DNA from: an uncultured Conexibacteraceae bacterium
GTDB lineage: Bacteria; Actinomycetota; Thermoleophilia; Solirubrobacterales; 70-9
Reading direction: 5' to 3'
Length of the DNA: 64,000 nt
NCBI GenBank assembly: GCA_964401995.1
Contig: CAYOAP010000001.1
Location: forward strand, 160,592-224,591
Under the pieces are notes generated by a model, which saw only the letters and a program-made list of their open reading frames with translations, had not been told where the DNA came from and did no database searches. The position numbers were made by a program, and so were the translations under genes. Positions 61,762 to 64,000 of this stretch are shown here, one piece after another; positions within the stretch are counted from its first letter, which is position 1, and the number at the start of each line of letters is the position of its first letter.

Positions 61762-62793
61762 ATGCAGGAGCTCCCGACGATCCAACCCACCAAACCGGAC
61801 GCTCTTTCGCCCGCAGAGATCGCTGCCCTGAGCGATGAAGTTCGCGCGCTCGCCGCCGAGCGCAACGCGGTCATCCTCGCCCACAACTACGAGCTGCCTG
61901 AGATCCAGGACGTCGCCCACCACATGGGCGACTCGCTCGGCCTCTCGCGCCAGGCCGCGGCCACCGACGCCGACGCGATCGCCTTCTGCGGCGTCCACTT
62001 CATGGCCGAGACGGCCTCGATCCTCTCGCCGGAGAAGACCGTGCTGATCCCCGACCTCGACGCCGGCTGCTCGCTTGCCGACTCGATCAACGCCGACCAG
62101 CTGCGCGCCTGGAAGGCCGAATACCCTGGGGCGATGGTCGTCATGTACGTCAACACCTCAGCCGAGGTCAAGGCCGAGACCGACTACTGCTGCACCTCCT
62201 CCAACGCGGTCAAGGTGGTCGAGCACATCTGGGCCGAGCACGGCCCCGATACCGAGATCCTCTTCGGCCCCGACATGTGGCTGGGCGCCTTCGTCGAGCG
62301 TGAGACCGGGCTCGTCGACGACCAGGAGCGGCGCGGCAACTTCCACATCTGGGACGGCGAGTGCCACGTCCACGCCGGCATCCGCCCCGGCGACATCGCC
62401 CAGACCCGGGCCGAACACCCCGAGGCCGAGTTCCTGATCCACCCCGAGTGCGGCTGCTCGACCCAGGCGATGGAGTACGTCGCCTCGGGCGATATCGAGC
62501 CCGACGGCGTCCACATGCTCTCGACCTCAGGGATGCTCGAGCACGTCGAATCGCATCCCGACGGGAGCTTCATCGTCGCCACCGAGAACGGGATGCTCTA
62601 CCCGCTGCAGCAGGCGGCGCCGCAGGCCAACCTGATTGAGGCCAACCGGATGGCGGTCTGCAAATACATGAAGATGATCACGCTGCCGAAACTGCGCGAC
62701 TCGCTGCGCGATATGAAGCACGAAGTCCGGGTCCCGGCCGATGTCGCCGAGCTTGCCCGGGTCCCGATTGAGCGAATGGTCGCGATCGGTTAG
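61762..62793 (+). CDS. nadA: Quinolinate synthase
   Basis: 343 aa. VILAHNYELPEIQDVAHHMGDSL, CGVHFMAETA, YVNTSAEVKA and IHPEC motifs. ATG chosen inside track ORF 61024-62793. Confidence 0.9.
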   Translation: MQELPTIQPTKPDALSPAEIAALSDEVRALAAERNAVILAHNYELPEIQDVAHHMGDSLGLSRQAAATDADAIAFCGVHFMAETASILSPEKTVLIPDLDAGCSLADSINADQLRAWKAEYPGAMVVMYVNTSAEVKAETDYCCTSSNAVKVVEHIWAEHGPDTEILFGPDMWLGAFVERETGLVDDQERRGNFHIWDGECHVHAGIRPGDIAQTRAEHPEAEFLIHPECGCSTQAMEYVASGDIEPDGVHMLSTSGMLEHVESHPDGSFIVATENGMLYPLQQAAPQANLIEANRMAVCKYMKMITLPKLRDSLRDMKHEVRVPADVAELARVPIERMVAIG

Positions 62794-62845
62794 CGCGAGG
62801 TAGAGTCCGCCGGGCCCGCCAGCCCGAAGAAAAGGACCCAGTCCC

Positions 62846-64000
62846 TTGCCCGAGATCGCACCCCAGGATTCAACCAGCACCGAGCAGCTGCACGAGCTCG
62901 CTCAGCAGCTCCGCGTCGACTCGATCCGCGCTGTAGCGGCGGGCGGCTCCGGGCATCCGACCTCCTCGATGTCGGCCGCCGACCTGATGGCGGTGCTGCT
63001 GGCGCGCTACCTCCGCTACGACTTCTCCGCACCCGAGAACAAGGCGAACGACCACCTCGTCTTCTCCAAGGGGCACGCCTCGCCGCTGCTGTACTCGCTC
63101 TACAAGATGGCGGGCGCGATCGACGACGAGGAGCTGCTGACCTTCCGCAAGTTCGGCTCCCGCCTGCAGGGGCACCCGACGCCGGAAATTCCCTGGGTCG
63201 ACGTCACCACCGGCTCGCTCGGCCAGGGCCTGCCGATCTCGGTTGGCATTGCCCAGGCTGCCGCCCGGCTCGAATCTTCGGACCTGCGGGTTTGGGTGCT
63301 TTGCGGCGATTCCGAGATGGCGGAGGGGTCGATGTGGGAGGCCTTCGAGCACGCGGGCCTGGCGCAGTTGAGCAACCTCGTCGCCATCGTCGATGTCAAC
63401 CGCCTCGGCCAGCGCGGCCCGACCATGCACGAGTGGGACACCTCTTCGATGGCGGCGCGGGCGCGCGCCAACGGCTGGGACGTGCAGGAGATCGACGGCC
63501 ACGACCTGGCGGCGATCGACGCGGCCTACACGCAGGCGCTTGCCGCCGATCGCCCGGCTGCGATTTTCGCTCGGACGAAGAAGGGCGCCGGAGTTGCCGC
63601 GGTCGAGGACCAGCCGAACTGGCACGGCAAGCCGCTCGCCGATCCCGATGCCGCGGTCGAGGAGCTGGGTGGCATCCGCTCGCTCTCGGTCGCGGTGCAG
63701 TCGCCGCCGCAGGCGCAGCCGTTCGAGGTCGCGCGGGCGCAGGTCGACAAGCCGACCTACGAGCTGGGCGCCAAGGTTGCGACCCGCGGCGCCTACGGCG
63801 ACGCCCTCGCCTGGCTCGGCTCGATCGACGACAAAGTGGTGGCGCTCGACGCCGAGGTCGGCAACTCGACCTACGCCGAACGCTTCGCCGCCAAGCACCC
63901 GGACCGCTTCTTCGAGATGTACATCGCCGAGCAGCAGATGGTGGCGGCCGCGGTTGGCCTGCAGGTGCGGGGCTGGAAGCCGTTCGCCTCCACCTTCGGC
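62846..64000 (+). CDS. tkt: Transketolase (5' partial, continues beyond the window end)
   Basis: It is an open frame from TTG 62846 to the window edge, and it is absent from the track because it has no stop. Motifs are SGHPTSSMSAADL, FSKGHASPLLY and CGDSEMAEGSMWEA (ThDP motif). The pyrimidine-binding domain follows (MYIAEQQMV). Confidence 0.85.
   Translation, partial: MPEIAPQDSTSTEQLHELAQQLRVDSIRAVAAGGSGHPTSSMSAADLMAVLLARYLRYDFSAPENKANDHLVFSKGHASPLLYSLYKMAGAIDDEELLTFRKFGSRLQGHPTPEIPWVDVTTGSLGQGLPISVGIAQAAARLESSDLRVWVLCGDSEMAEGSMWEAFEHAGLAQLSNLVAIVDVNRLGQRGPTMHEWDTSSMAARARANGWDVQEIDGHDLAAIDAAYTQALAADRPAAIFARTKKGAGVAAVEDQPNWHGKPLADPDAAVEELGGIRSLSVAVQSPPQAQPFEVARAQVDKPTYELGAKVATRGAYGDALAWLGSIDDKVVALDAEVGNSTYAERFAAKHPDRFFEMYIAEQQMVAAAVGLQVRGWKPFASTFG

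Overview
This is a very GC-rich bacterial chromosomal segment; third codon positions are almost all G/C, so the ORF track is full of long spurious antisense ORFs. Gene order looks actinobacterial: rpmE-DUF1385-prfA-prmC-tsaC-glyA-DUF354-wecA-like-atpIBEFHAGDC, and comF-hpf-secA-(NTF2-like)-prfB.

I support about 68 protein genes, tightly packed and often translationally coupled. They fall into these groups:
- Acyl-CoA metabolism: acyl-CoA dehydrogenase, aldehyde dehydrogenase, thiolase, split methylmalonyl-CoA mutase, an unlinked meaB, etfBA and ETF-QO.
- Two VapBC toxin-antitoxin pairs.
- A DipZ-like thiol-disulfide protein and a GGDEF cyclase.
- A complete F1Fo ATP synthase operon.
- Two envelope or glycoconjugate clusters: DegT aminotransferase, an epimerase::GT28 fusion and a CE4 deacetylase; and LCP, Ugd, two NDP-sugar pyrophosphorylases and PGI/PMI.
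- secA, both class-I release factors (prfB with the classical +1 frameshift), an ECF sigma-Ogt pair, nadC, an Fpg/Nei glycosylase, nadA, and a transketolase that runs off the window end.

By eye I find no rRNA, tRNA, CRISPR array, transposase, integrase or recognisable defence-system gene.

The most interesting signal is non-coding. A structured intergenic repeat of about 130-215 nt occurs three times: twice in inverted orientation in the unusually long 537-nt DUF1385-prfA spacer, and once directly after prfB. Its helices are kept intact between copies by compensatory substitutions, and no reading frame is conserved. I cannot assign it to any RNA, IS or MITE family I know.

Secondary observations:
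- The DegT gene has a conserved N-terminus but no usable start codon.
- An SDR-epimerase::glycolipid-glycosyltransferase fusion.
- An ECF sigma gene translationally coupled to ogt.
- A perfect 20-bp inverted repeat between fpg/nei and nadA.
- PrmC carries NLPY instead of NPPY.
- AtpA has a mycobacterial-style C-terminal extension.

All functional calls come from motif recognition by eye; no searches were run.
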